Assembly: GCA_000091205.1 (NCBI GenBank)
Contig: AP006502.2
DNA length: 64,000 nt
Strand: one strand, 5' to 3'
DNA from: Cyanidioschyzon merolae
Lineage: Eukaryota
Part shown: positions 1-10,637 of the stretch, piece after piece
Numbering within the stretch: position 1 is the first letter of the stretch
Layout: the number at the start of each line of letters is the position of its first letter
Translations under genes and position numbers: made by a program
The notes under the pieces: generated by a model
Databases searched by the model: none
What the model was told of the DNA's origin: nothing
The model's input: only the letters and a program-made list of their open reading frames with translations

Positions 1-359
1 CACTCCTGTCAGGCAAAATTTGCACGATTCCTCTCACGTATCTGGGATATGCACACTAAAGCTTGGACCTCGCTCGTGTCGTCAAAACCAGCCTACGCAA
101 ACTTTTCTGCGACTGCCTCCTTTTCCTCTCTTATCTATACATTTAAATAGGCTGCGCTCTCCGTTCCAGGCAGCTTCGTTGCCTGCAGTCGAAGGATATC
201 AGTGGCAGGGATGAAGTCTCGATCAAGTTTTAACGGACTGTTGCGAATGCATTTCAACCACGGACGGATGTTGCGATCCATGCCTCTCTTGTCATTTCCA
301 TCTTACTTGCGGACAACTTCGGTGCGCCCTTCGCTGATCCGACACTGGGCTGAGGTCAA

Positions 360-1200
360 GTGTGCCCACATGTCTATCGCAACGCCCCCTCCGAGGTGGC
401 ACTGTGGTGCAAAAGCCCTTGCCTCATGGCACGGTGCATGCCCTTGATGGCTACAGAACGCACTCCTCGATGCCCGTCTACGTCTCCGTCTGTTGTGCCG
501 TGCCCGATGACCACGGGCTTGTTCTGAGCGATCCCATATGCGAGTAGGCTGTCCGCTGCGTGGGCAAATACACTCTGTTCCATTCGATTGAGGACTTAGG
601 AAAAGCGGTTTTGTTCATGGCGGAACAATTTCAGGAAGCAGTATCAAGACTGTAAAACGAGTCGAAAAAATTTCCTTCCGCGGACGATCCCTGCGTGCAA
701 AGCGGTAACACACGCACCACGGGAAGGGATCTATGTAAAAACTCAGGCCCTAGTCAAAGAAATGTAACATGCTAATAGAAGAGAAGAAAGGATCGACGAG
801 TGTATCCCGAATGAGATATCGTGCTGGTAGCGATCGCTATTTCGTTGATATCCAAACAAGAAAGCCAGACAAGTCTTTCGAAAGGAATCGATTATTTGAA
901 CGGAGAATTTCGGTGAAGTTCCGGCACCGACTTGTGAACAATTCGCCAAGAGACGACGTCAATTTTTTTCCCCATAAATCCGTTTCCAAGAATAGGCACG
1001 CTCGTGAGTTACCCAGAAACAGAAAGATCGACAATTTGACGCATGCGTTCTTGGAGTATGCAACACTTCAGGAAAGGATACGAGTCGTGGCTTGTACGTA
1101 CGAATTGCATAGAGATACCGTTCGGTTTCCGAGCTCTTGCTCGAGAGTGTCGCGAATCATCTCGATTTCGATATCGTTATGAACTCTAGCGGTAAAGAGT
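360..1200 (+). mobile_element. Degenerate Fanzor/TnpB-like element, copy A. It spans a RuvC-II/helper-like region, a K/E-rich linker, a decayed ZnF/RuvC-III region and a conserved tail.
   Basis: The 362-547 (+) translation AVPDDHGLVLSDPI...TLFHSIEDLG parallels copies B, C and D (HGLVMVDALDKF...TLFHSIKNQWNAML). DNA at 660-800 aligns to the c3/c4 upstream region (gaaaaatttcc...gctagtgatcgagaagaaaaag). DNA at 1020-1180 aligns to the conserved tail of c1 (gatacgagtcg...cgaattg). No intact ORF remains. Confidence 0.4.
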
Positions 1201-1535
1201 CGAGGGGGGCAACGCTGAGAAGACCTCCACCGAGCACATCCTCGATGGACGTATGCGTCCATGCACCCTTTATTGCTGTACATATACGGAAAAATATGAA
1301 AAAATCACACAGCAGCAAGATCGAACACTTCAGCGCTCCACATTCATCGGAGACGCTCCGATGGCGCCACGTGTCTGATACGCAACACGCGGCGCCCTAG
1401 GCTCCGCACGAGTCGGGCGCCCACAACCGTTCGTCCAGCGTTCGATTTGAGCGCTTTGTCGCCGCTGCATTCTGCTATTAGGACGCTACTTGTTCGACTT
1501 TTCGTTTTTGAGACTGCAACGAGCCGGGTTGTTCC

Positions 1536-2696
1536 ATGTTTGCGACGTTCGGGTGCAAAGTGTTGAAATCCGGCTGCTTTCTTCACCTTCGCCTCATAGT
1601 GAGGCCAAGGAGGACCCGGCCTACAACCCGCTTTCGGACTGCAGTGCCAGCCGCTTGCGACGCCCGTTCGGTCCGAACCGTAAGTGTTGCTGGGAAATCA
1701 GACGAAGCACAGCGCTCGAATAAAATCGTACTTGATTATGTTCACGTTCCACCGAAGATCGATCGGGTAAACGAAGCCAACTTGCCGCCGATCATATTTT
1801 TGCATGGATTGCTCGCTAGCTGGAGAACGTACCGTTCTGTCTTGCAACGGCCTGATCTCGCACCTGATCGCAGCATCTATGCACTTGACCTCCGAAATCA
1901 TGGATCGAGTCCGCACAGCGAGGAAATGAGCTACGATTCAATGATCGGCGATTTGTTAGCTTTTATGACGACCCAGAACATTTCGCGCGCCTGTCTGATG
2001 GGACACAGTATGGGCGGCAAGCTGGCGATGGCCGCTGCGCTTGCGCATCCTCATGTCGTGTCAGAGCTCATTGTTATGGATGCAGCACCTGTTGTCTATA
2101 AGGACCACTCTTGGCAAATGGCGGAAGTCTCCGAGGACTCGCCCCAGGCTGTCGTTCAGGCTATTGCGAAACTAAATCCGATCCCAGCCCATATGCGAAC
2201 GCGACGGGATCTGGAGGAGGCACTTCGCAACCTGGGAATTCGCAGCCACGACGTACGACAGTTTGCGCTGACCAACCTGGTTCGAAGAGGCAACGTGGAC
2301 CAAGAAATGGCTTGGCGAGTGAATATTTCCGCAATTGCGCGGAACATGGCAGAGATCATGGGTCTTCCCAAGTGGATGCAGGAGGCGAGCAGGCAACCCA
2401 CAGACACTGCGGGCCATTCCTTCACCCAAAAGGATGCAGAAACTAAGCATGCAGTTGTATACCGCGGCCCAACGTTATTTATTCGCGGTTCGCGTAGCGC
2501 TTATGTCCAAGATGCACACTGGCCTGTCATTCGCCGTCTCTTTCCCAACGCATCGCTCGTAACAATCGATGGCGCGGGCCACTGGTTACAGAGCGAGAAA
2601 CCAGACGAATTCACCCGAATTGTGAACGCGTTTCTGAATCGCAGCACGACCTCTGTACGTGCTTCGGAGTCTCCTGCACATGAGCCAGTCTACTGA
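1536..2696 (+). CDS. ABHD11: Alpha/beta-hydrolase, ABHD11/Imo32-like (probably mitochondrial).
   Basis: ATG confirmed at 1536. Lipase-like core PPIIFLHGLLASW...RNHGSSPH...CLMGHSMGGKLAMAAA (GHSMGG nucleophile elbow) has the same motif order as ABHD11. The N-terminus is basic and presequence-like. Confidence 0.6.
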   Translation: MFATFGCKVLKSGCFLHLRLIVRPRRTRPTTRFRTAVPAACDARSVRTVSVAGKSDEAQRSNKIVLDYVHVPPKIDRVNEANLPPIIFLHGLLASWRTYRSVLQRPDLAPDRSIYALDLRNHGSSPHSEEMSYDSMIGDLLAFMTTQNISRACLMGHSMGGKLAMAAALAHPHVVSELIVMDAAPVVYKDHSWQMAEVSEDSPQAVVQAIAKLNPIPAHMRTRRDLEEALRNLGIRSHDVRQFALTNLVRRGNVDQEMAWRVNISAIARNMAEIMGLPKWMQEASRQPTDTAGHSFTQKDAETKHAVVYRGPTLFIRGSRSAYVQDAHWPVIRRLFPNASLVTIDGAGHWLQSEKPDEFTRIVNAFLNRSTTSVRASESPAHEPVY

Positions 2697-3009
2697 TGTT
2701 CCGGCGTCTGCGTAGCCAGCGACGCTTGAAAGGCGCTTCGCGGTAATTTCATTATCTATGGATGTGCCAGCGCCCATCTCATATAAATAGCACCAATATT
2801 TCGCACTGGATACCGAAAATACCTTTCTCGATACCTTAGCTGAGCGGCATGCGAATCATTGGCACTGACGTTCTCCACGCAGCGATACCGCTTCGTCGAG
2901 CTCGGTGCCACCGGATGCACCAAAGCACCAGTATCGCAACTCTGCTCCCGACTCGCGCCCGGTTCCATTGCAGCCCAGGTGCTGATAGTCGCTTTACACA
3001 TGCTCATGC

Positions 3010-3684
3010 TTATTCGTGAAGTTTCACGTCGTTTTGCAATACTCCAGCATCGTGATCCCGGGCGGGTCGATCGGCAGACACGGTTGCGTCTGCATCCGGC
3101 ACTTTGCCGATGCGTTCCCGCAACCCGTCTAGTGTCGCCTGGACAGCCAAAGCACAGTACAGATCAATAGCTCGTGCGGATTCATCGTTCCCCGGTACTA
3201 TATAGGTGGCCCAGTCCGGGTCGCAATCCGTGTCGATCACAGCGATAGACGGAATATCCACGATTCGTGCTTCCCGCAGCGCAGTTCGGTGCCGATGCGC
3301 GTCGACACAGAATATGAGATCGGGCAAATGGCCCCCAAGCCTCAGTATCTGTCGACTCGCTACGGGATTCGTCAGTGTGCCGCCGACCCAGCGACCCGAC
3401 AGTGTGAAGGCCCCGGCCTGACGAGCGCGCGTTCGTACGATGCTTTCCAGGAAAGGATCCTTGGGGCCCAACCAAAGCTGACGAAGTCCTGCACGACCCG
3501 CGGCTCGGAAAACTTCCAGGGCACGCTTTAAACAAACTGCGCTCTGCTGAAGATCAACGATGTGCATTCCATTTCGCTCGCCATAGATATAGGGGCGCAT
3601 CTTCGGGTTCCACGCTGAAGTCTTATGACCAATATGGACGCCAGCACTGAGAAGCTGACGCAGAGTTGCCTGCGAAGCAGACAT
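3010..3684 (-). CDS. MRPS2: Bacterial-type ribosomal protein uS2 (mitochondrial ribosomal protein S2).
   Basis: ATG confirmed (cat at 3682-3684). LLSAGVHIGHKTSAWNPKMRPYIYGERNGMHIVDLQQS...VDIPSIAVIDTDCDPD matches the bacterial uS2 signature (GVHFGHQTRRWNPKM...IIDL; D-rich C-terminal half). Confidence 0.65.
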   Translation of the reverse strand: MSASQATLRQLLSAGVHIGHKTSAWNPKMRPYIYGERNGMHIVDLQQSAVCLKRALEVFRAAGRAGLRQLWLGPKDPFLESIVRTRARQAGAFTLSGRWVGGTLTNPVASRQILRLGGHLPDLIFCVDAHRHRTALREARIVDIPSIAVIDTDCDPDWATYIVPGNDESARAIDLYCALAVQATLDGLRERIGKVPDADATVSADRPARDHDAGVLQNDVKLHE

Positions 3685-4123
3685 GTCTGACTTTAGAAAA
3701 GCACCTCTTCACCAGAAGAAAAGCGTTTGAGAGGTACTTTGGTACCAGCGAGCGCTGCAGCCAACGCGATGCGGCTACTTTGTGGAATCAGCTGCAATGC
3801 TATAGCGCAAAGCCAGCAGTTATCCCAGAGAAAAGGCCAACTGAAGCACCCTGTTCTCCAATATTACTCTTGCAGCATAGTACAACTTTTTTCTTGAAAC
3901 GAGTTGGAGCAGGAACAGCGAGTTTGTTCACAGTTGCCAAGCACGCCGCCTTTTGAAGAAGGATCGGCGGCACGACACCAACGCCGCGCGTTGCGGCCGA
4001 AGCGCTCGAAGGACAACATGTGCATTTTCGGGGGATTTCTCCTGGAGCGTGTCGTTGTCTGGTGGTGGAACCCTCGTTACACCTTCCGATGCAAAGCGGT
4101 AGGACTTCATTGTCGCAGCAGCA

Positions 4124-5467
4124 ATGCTGCTAACTCGTGCAACACCAGAGATAGCACTGGCGCCTACAGAAAAGGCATCAAGTCTGAGGCTTCCCCCTGA
4201 ACTCAGCGCTGGCTCTTTCGCGTCGCGTCTATGCTGGCTCGGTGCGAAGTGCTTCGTAGCGGCGTCTGGCTCCGAGACGTACGCCCTGCAAGTATCGAGT
4301 AAATTGCAGGGCGTTTCGCAAGTCGCCGACCGTGACTATGAGGCTTTCTCGGAGAGCGCTCAGCGAACCGAGGTTGTGCTCCTTCCAAATAGACAGACGA
4401 GCGCTGTGTGGAGCGTGCTGGCGCAGCCCCGTTTCCGAACGGAGGCCCAGTGCTTGGCTAGCTCACTCGTTGATGGTGATTTGGACGGTGACCGCCAGTG
4501 CTTAGTCGCCTGTGTGGATTCTCTTGGGGCGCTGGCCGTGAGCCGGTTGCACCTGACGGAGTGCTCTAGTGGGACGCAGATTCAGAACCGTTCCAGTTTC
4601 ACTGGGGCGACTGTGGAGCATCCTCGGGTACACCCCGGTCCTTCCTGTTGTGCGCTGGCACGGCCAGGACGCTCCAAGTCTGTTCGGAGCCCGTACATCG
4701 CGGTTGCTGGATACCTGGGCTGTACGGTCTCGGTCTACGAAGGAGAGCTACTTGTACGGCATATGCGCACACTAGAGCACCCAAGCAGCCTCACTTTTGG
4801 GAGCGGGTCGGGGGCATTTGGTGCCCAGTTCCATTCCACGCCTTGTGAACATGAAGAACTGCTTTACTTCACGGAGGGCCCGGCCATTTCGCTATGTGAT
4901 CTACGAGCACCGGGGATGTCATTCCGAAGGAAAATCATTGGCGGGCATGCGTCCATGTCGAGCGGTGCGACCGTATCCTGGTACAGTTGCGACCTAGTTG
5001 GCTACGAAATGGCACTCGTTGGACCGCAACGCTGCGTTCTGGTTGTAGATGTTCGGCGATGGGGTGTCCTTGGCCGCTGGTGGTCATGCCTCAAATACGA
5101 TGCGACGACTGTTATGTGGGCAAGTGCAACATCGCCCTCGCTTGATCGCAGACGTACTCAAGGCATGCTCCTCTATGTCAGTGGGCGTGATAATGAAATG
5201 GCCTGTGGAACGCTTTCCGCAACGGCACCTGAAACGCAGCCGCAGCAAGCAACGCATGAACAAGGGCGACGGCCAAACGCGTTGTCAAGCAGCAGGGAGC
5301 CTGTCTCTGCACCATGTGGATGGCAACAAAAAGGTGAGCGTTTGTTCGGTTTTCGAGCAGAAAACGGTTGGATCGGTGCCGCCCGATATGGCGAATGCGG
5401 CTGGGCTGGCCTCACCGAACGCGGAATACTCTACACGTTACGGACGTGGTCGGGCAAGGAACTCTGA
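4124..5467 (+). CDS. Hypothetical protein, 447 aa, no recognised domain.
   Basis: Long ORF with ATG confirmed at 4124. The only support is ORF length in the intergenic gap between uS2m and the polyQ ORF. Confidence 0.3.
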   Translation: MLLTRATPEIALAPTEKASSLRLPPELSAGSFASRLCWLGAKCFVAASGSETYALQVSSKLQGVSQVADRDYEAFSESAQRTEVVLLPNRQTSAVWSVLAQPRFRTEAQCLASSLVDGDLDGDRQCLVACVDSLGALAVSRLHLTECSSGTQIQNRSSFTGATVEHPRVHPGPSCCALARPGRSKSVRSPYIAVAGYLGCTVSVYEGELLVRHMRTLEHPSSLTFGSGSGAFGAQFHSTPCEHEELLYFTEGPAISLCDLRAPGMSFRRKIIGGHASMSSGATVSWYSCDLVGYEMALVGPQRCVLVVDVRRWGVLGRWWSCLKYDATTVMWASATSPSLDRRRTQGMLLYVSGRDNEMACGTLSATAPETQPQQATHEQGRRPNALSSSREPVSAPCGWQQKGERLFGFRAENGWIGAARYGECGWAGLTERGILYTLRTWSGKEL

Positions 5468-6495
5468 TACAGTGCCGATGTCGCAGGCGATTAGCGGTCC
5501 ATTTCCAGGCGCTCGCTTCGACGTCCCGGTGATCGGGCACTGCCGCCTATCTTCCTCATGATTGAAACTGGTTAACTGAAGCAAAGTCATGCGCGGGACG
5601 TATCGACCTGTCGTTGAGTAGCGCTCTATTGACGGCGGCGACGCAATCGATGACGCTCAGGATTGCACTGGAAAAGCAGCGACGTGCATTTTCACATGCA
5701 TGCACTTGTATGCTCGTCTCGACGCTCTCGCCTGCGGTTCAAACTAGAAACGTTTTCGAGACAGAGTTCGATTTAGAATACGTTGTCGTCCAAGTGCAAG
5801 CATACCAGCGCACTGGGCCGGCAATGTGTCCAAGAACATCAAGAAGAGCTGGTAGTCAGGGCGCCTTCTCATGGGCGAGCGCGTCACCGTCGACGCTGGG
5901 GGATAATCTCCACGGGTACTCTGTGGAGGCAGAACGCTGCTCTGTTCTGGCGCCTCGCTTCGAACTTGAACTCGCTTTCTGGTTCCACAAAGACTTTGTG
6001 AGCCTCGTCCTGACAAAGTCTGTACCGAAACTATACTAGAATGTATCGTTTGCTCGGCTACTCAGATTCTCGACATGTTCGGTCGTTGCTCCGGAAGCAA
6101 ACGTCTTCGAACAAGCTCGACGACAGCGCTCAGGTGCTGTTGCTCCGCGCACGCTCCATGTGTGCGCCCTGGATGACGTGTTGCGACACGGTCAGGGTCA
6201 TAGTCGGGGCATTTGTTTGAACATATGTCGGCTTTTCGAGTCGCATGCCGGGCTGGACGCGGCGGCGGGGCCCTGCATGCTACCTGGAATGCACACACGT
6301 AGGTAAACGATGATATTGAGGCGTCTACTGCGTACCGCGAAGAGAATGGTAACGAGGATATCGGGAATAGGGTTGTCTTAAGTTCAGAGTGCACGGCTGC
6401 GCCGGCTTCTTGGTAAAATGGAACACCTCTGTCCTGTACAAAACGTGTATCGGTTGCTCCAACTCTAACGCAGGCAGGCGGGCCCTCGCAGCGCC

Positions 6496-6712
6496 TTATC
6501 CTTTAGCTTGATTGCCGCTCCAGGCTCGCAGTGTGTAGTGCAGGGATCCGACTAGCCCCAGGAGTAGCAGGAGCATCACGAGCGAGTGCGGCGTGTTGAG
6601 CCCCAGAGCAACGTCGGTGGCCAGCACGACTGTAAGTAGCAGCAACGCGGCGAGCAGTGCGACCCGCTGGACACGCGTAACGAGCGGTGCTTGTGGTGGA
6701 GCTACGTGTTGG

Positions 6713-6746
<34 letters not shown>

Positions 6747-6849
6747 CTCCTGAACCCGGAACGCGCTCTGGCTGATCCTCACTGGACTTATCCAGCTGGG
6801 CAGGAGAAATGGGGCCTGCAATCACCTCACTAGACAAGCGCAAGCGCAT
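6496..6849 (-). CDS. Small hypothetical membrane protein with a polyQ tract and two C-terminal hydrophobic helices.
   Basis: The track ORF 6496-6948 starts on TTG. The first ATG is at 6849. The (CAG)10 tract encodes QQQQQQQQQQHQH. The C-terminus LLAALLLLTVVLATDVALG...LVMLLLLLGLVGSL is hydrophobic. Confidence 0.2.
6713..6744. repeat. (GCT)n/(CAG)n trinucleotide microsatellite, about 10 units.
   Basis: ctgctgctg... run seen directly in the sequence. Confidence 0.85.
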
Positions 6850-7009
6850 GATTATCAGCGTCTCGTCGTGAATAGCTGTGGCTAGTGCATAGAGCTCTGC
6901 GCCCGTCCAGGTGTGTGCGCAAGCGCTCCTGAGCAACGCTCGTGCCAATAGACTGCTTCGCTCACTTGTGGTTGTCTAGAGCGTATGTATGCTCAGTGAA
7001 ACTAAAAAA

Positions 7010-7500
7010 GTCCCACGACCGTGTAGTGTATATATGCATCCCATTGCAGATGCCTCCCGGACTTTTTCGACCGGCCGCCCACTACTGGTTGTAACGTCAT
7101 CCCGTACAATTCGACCCTGAGCGGTTCTCCCACAAAGTCGGCTCGTATCAGCTCCGGGGGTCTCTTGTCCAGCACTGCACATCTCCCGATGTTGATAGCA
7201 GCGTTAAAGTCTCGGTTCGCGAACGCTATGCGTACCCTGCCTCTGGTTGAACTCACCATTGCAAGGATTCCTCGAACTTGTGTCCTCTGTTCTACTACAG
7301 TCTCGACCTCGTCCCGTCAGGCGAGCACCTTTTCTCGTCTACCTGTCCTCTTTTTCTTCGCCGCCGCGCGCTTTCCCTTGCTCGATGAAGGGCGAGAAGA
7401 GGATTTTTTCCTTGTTTTCGGACAGCCGGCAATGAGGCCCTCTAGGATCCGCGACTTCCATCTCTATACCTTAGCCTTTTTACATTTGTAAATGAACGCA
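7010..7500 (-). mobile_element. Fanzor/TnpB-like C-terminal remnant plus conserved tail, copy c1. This is the best-preserved RuvC-III motif.
   Basis: Minus-strand translation ...ILAMVSSTRGRVRIAFANRDFNAAINIGRCAVL carries D-x-NAA-x-NI, the RuvC-III signature of TnpB/Cas12/Fanzor. SSTRG and F.NRD align where TnpB has CxxCG zinc-ribbon motifs. Downstream 7010-7200 is about 75% identical to the tails of c2, c3 and c4. Confidence 0.5.
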
Positions 7501-8678
7501 CTTCGAGAGCATTTGCTCTAAACCACGAAAAAAGCATTAAATGATACGCACTTGGCGCCAGAGCACAGTTGAGGTGAAGTGCTATGACAAGAATCCTGCA
7601 CGTGCCAGGTCCGCAGCACGTCTAACATGCTCGTTGCTTTGCTCAGGGCAGAAGGTTGAGGCGCGAGCCTGATTAGCGTTGACGCGATCTGTGTTCCCAT
7701 GAGCGAAGCTACATTCTGGTGCATCAGGCGCAGTTGAGCGGATATCGGTGAGCTCACAAGTCGCCACAGGGTATGGTGCTGTGTGCTAGCCAGTCACCGC
7801 CCGCCACGTAGAACCCCGATAGCAGGACACGCAGGATACGATTCGGAACGACGAGCAACCGGGGATCGGTGCTGACCTTCTTCAGCGCGTCCAGAGCGGA
7901 GGCGAACCCTGTGCTCTATGTTTTTTCGTTCTCGATAATAGTTCCAAGACGCTCAATAGCTTGCGCACCCGCTTCGTGTCCAGGATCCGTGAGCGTGCTT
8001 CCACCAAGCGCCAGGTGCGGCTGTCGTTCTGGAACGCTACCAGCTGTTGCGAAGCAATCGTCAGCGTCAAGGGTGCAGGCATTTCTCGAATACGGCAGCG
8101 TGGAGTAGCTCTGAAACGCACGTTCGTACTTCAGGGTGCAAATCGCGACCTGGTAGCCGTCGATGTCCGCGATGGTGCGCAGAGAAGATACCAAACGCAC
8201 CTATCCATCCATCTTCCCAACTATGCATGTGTGCATGTGTGCGTAAAAGCAAGCAGGCGGCTATCCATGCGTCTATGTGCACAGGCAACCAGCAAGCAAG
8301 CAATCAAGCAAGTTGCTTTCTCAGGTAGAAGACGATATTGTGACCTGTGCGCCACGGTCTTGTGGCCATTCAGCAGCTACTGGTATAGGCAACGCAGCAG
8401 GTGCAGGAAATGACTGCGGACTCCAGCGAGCGCTGTATCGATATTGGGACACATGTTGTGAGAGCTGAACTGCAGTTTATTGGTGTGCGTGTCCTTCCCT
8501 GCGGGGTTTCCGTCCGTCTGGTATGGGTCTCCCCATGAGCGCGTACGCAATCAGGAAACATCGCTTCGTAACGCTCGCCGGTTCCTTTCGATGACGTTTC
8601 TGCGCTCCATGCGGAGCCTCTACATAGCCGTATCTCGTTCATGATGCTAATGCATGACTTTCCATGATCATGCATACC

Positions 8679-10637
8679 TCAAAAGGTCATGCTGTTGTCT
8701 GTGGTGGTATCCGTTCCTTCCTTCGATACTTTTTCATCGCTCGAACCACCATCCGCAGACAGCACGATCTTCGCCTGCTGCTCGCCAAAGGCTGGATTCT
8801 CCATGGACTCCTCGCCCATCAGCTCCGACAGGCGATTGTACTCCCTGGCACCCTCTGCTCCGAGGCGGATGCGCCGGATGAGATTCGAGAACAGCGTCCG
8901 GTCGTTGTAGTAGACGGGCGCAGCAGCGTACTGCTCGAGCTGCTCCACCTTGGTGATGTAGGAGCGCGCAAGCAGCATCTGAGCGTACTGCTCCAGAGCT
9001 GCAGCGTACTCCTCACGACTGCGGAAGAGGCGAAGGTAGAGCAGGGACCACCAGGAGTAGTGCCCAATCTGAATGCTCTCGAAGGAGGCGGCTGGTGCGG
9101 GCTGTGCACCGAGGCTCTTCGCGAAGCGCGCAGCGTACCGCGCACGCATGGCCAGGAATCGATTCTCCTCGCCTCTGAGACTGACGTTACTATACTCCGG
9201 GACAAATAGGAGAGCAAGGATCAAACCGAAGTATTCGATTCCTGCGTAGATCCACTGGATCTTACGCAGTCCAAGGAGGCCGCTATGGCCGGACTCGTTG
9301 CCATCGGGCGAGAGCGCGCTCCACATGTAAGGAAACACGGTCGTTCCGACAATGCCCCCGACCTTGCCGAGCGCCGATGACCATCCGTAGAGCGTTGCAC
9401 GCACGCGAGTGGGGTACACTTCAGCCGGGACCAGATAGACAGGGATGAACACAAAGTACTGGAAAATGAAAACGAAAGTAGTCCAAATAACGTAGCCTAC
9501 CGCATGCTTTGCAAGCATGAGGTACACGCCAGCCGTAATCAGCTGCGTGGAGGCGAGCCACGCCCATCCGAGGACCTCCGTTTTCCGCCGTCCGAGACGA
9601 TCCACGACCAGAGCAGCCGCAACTGGCCCGAGAGTGAGCACCACGCCCTGGGCGAGACCGATCCAAGCCGTCTTGAAGAGAGATGCCCCGATCACACTCG
9701 ACAGGATCACGCCACCAAACGTGCCTTGGCTGTAATTGATCCAGTCGATGAGAAACCACATGAAGATTGTGCCGATCATCCGTGGGATAAAGTGTCGGAA
9801 AATAACAAACAGGTCCAGTAGATCATAGGACTTGCGTCTTAGATTCTCATCCTTGCGGTACATTTTAGAATCGCGCATGCGAACCCGCAAGAAAAGCACG
9901 ATGATACACGGAATGAGGCCCAGCCCGTAGGAGATTCTCCACACCACCTGAGGCCGGCAATTCGGGAGGCTTACCCCTGTAGACGACGATGAAGTGATGT
10001 AGACGTGGCGGCAAGCTGCCGCAATGAGAATCAACTGGATCAACGTCGGTGTGTTGTTCCCGATGACCTCCATGAACATCACAAGCAACGAAACCCTTCG
10101 TCCGCGCGTTTTCGTGCTGACTTCCTCACTATCCTCAACGATATTCGGAACGTTACAAGTGTACTCGCCGCCCATTCCGAGGCCAACGACAGCGCGTCCG
10201 ACGATAATCATCCAGAACATACCGTCAGTTGTTTTTCCGTTCGCTGCCGTGGACAGGATCGAGCCGAGTATAACGATGCAGGAGCAAGCGATGAGACCGG
10301 CCTTGCGTCCGATGAAATCAGCGATGAATCCAAAGCCGATGAGTCCGAAAAGAACGCCATATAAAACAGAAGTTGAAAGAGCTGACTGCAGAAATGAACT
10401 AGAATACACGGTGTAATACACATCTATGTAGAGTGTAAGGAGCAGCGTACCCACTTGGTACATATAGCCATTTACGAGGAAGCCCAGTGCAGTACCGATT
10501 GCATTGTAGCGAATATAGGATGTATCAGGGGTTTCTGTTACCGCGTAGATTGCTTCCTCATCTTGGCCAGACTTTATCGGCTCCTCGGCATGGAGGAAAA
10601 TTTGGTCAGGCGCAATATCAACGATGTTTTCCGCCAT
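8679..10637 (-). CDS. MFS transporter (sugar/phosphate-permease type) with a long hydrophilic C-terminal tail.
   Basis: ATG confirmed (cat at 10635-10637). Twelve hydrophobic segments are present. Motifs GRKAGL and GRAVVGLGMGGEYT resemble the MFS signature around TM2-TM4 (Pho84-like GGDYP). About 200 aa of coiled/acidic tail follow. Confidence 0.7.
   Translation of the reverse strand: MAENIVDIAPDQIFLHAEEPIKSGQDEEAIYAVTETPDTSYIRYNAIGTALGFLVNGYMYQVGTLLLTLYIDVYYTVYSSSFLQSALSTSVLYGVLFGLIGFGFIADFIGRKAGLIACSCIVILGSILSTAANGKTTDGMFWMIIVGRAVVGLGMGGEYTCNVPNIVEDSEEVSTKTRGRRVSLLVMFMEVIGNNTPTLIQLILIAAACRHVYITSSSSTGVSLPNCRPQVVWRISYGLGLIPCIIVLFLRVRMRDSKMYRKDENLRRKSYDLLDLFVIFRHFIPRMIGTIFMWFLIDWINYSQGTFGGVILSSVIGASLFKTAWIGLAQGVVLTLGPVAAALVVDRLGRRKTEVLGWAWLASTQLITAGVYLMLAKHAVGYVIWTTFVFIFQYFVFIPVYLVPAEVYPTRVRATLYGWSSALGKVGGIVGTTVFPYMWSALSPDGNESGHSGLLGLRKIQWIYAGIEYFGLILALLFVPEYSNVSLRGEENRFLAMRARYAARFAKSLGAQPAPAASFESIQIGHYSWWSLLYLRLFRSREEYAAALEQYAQMLLARSYITKVEQLEQYAAAPVYYNDRTLFSNLIRRIRLGAEGAREYNRLSELMGEESMENPAFGEQQAKIVLSADGGSSDEKVSKEGTDTTTDNSMTF

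Noticed and set aside
374-583. Minus-strand ORFs beginning MEQS at 374-583 and 58855-59142 as a separate gene family.
   Set aside because: They are the antisense reading of the conserved RuvC-II/helper-like remnant region (copies A and C). The similarity reflects the repeat, not an independent gene.
8664-9217. Plus-strand ORFs 8664-9209 and others overlapping the MFS transporter.
   Set aside because: They lie within and antisense to a well-supported 12-TM MFS CDS.
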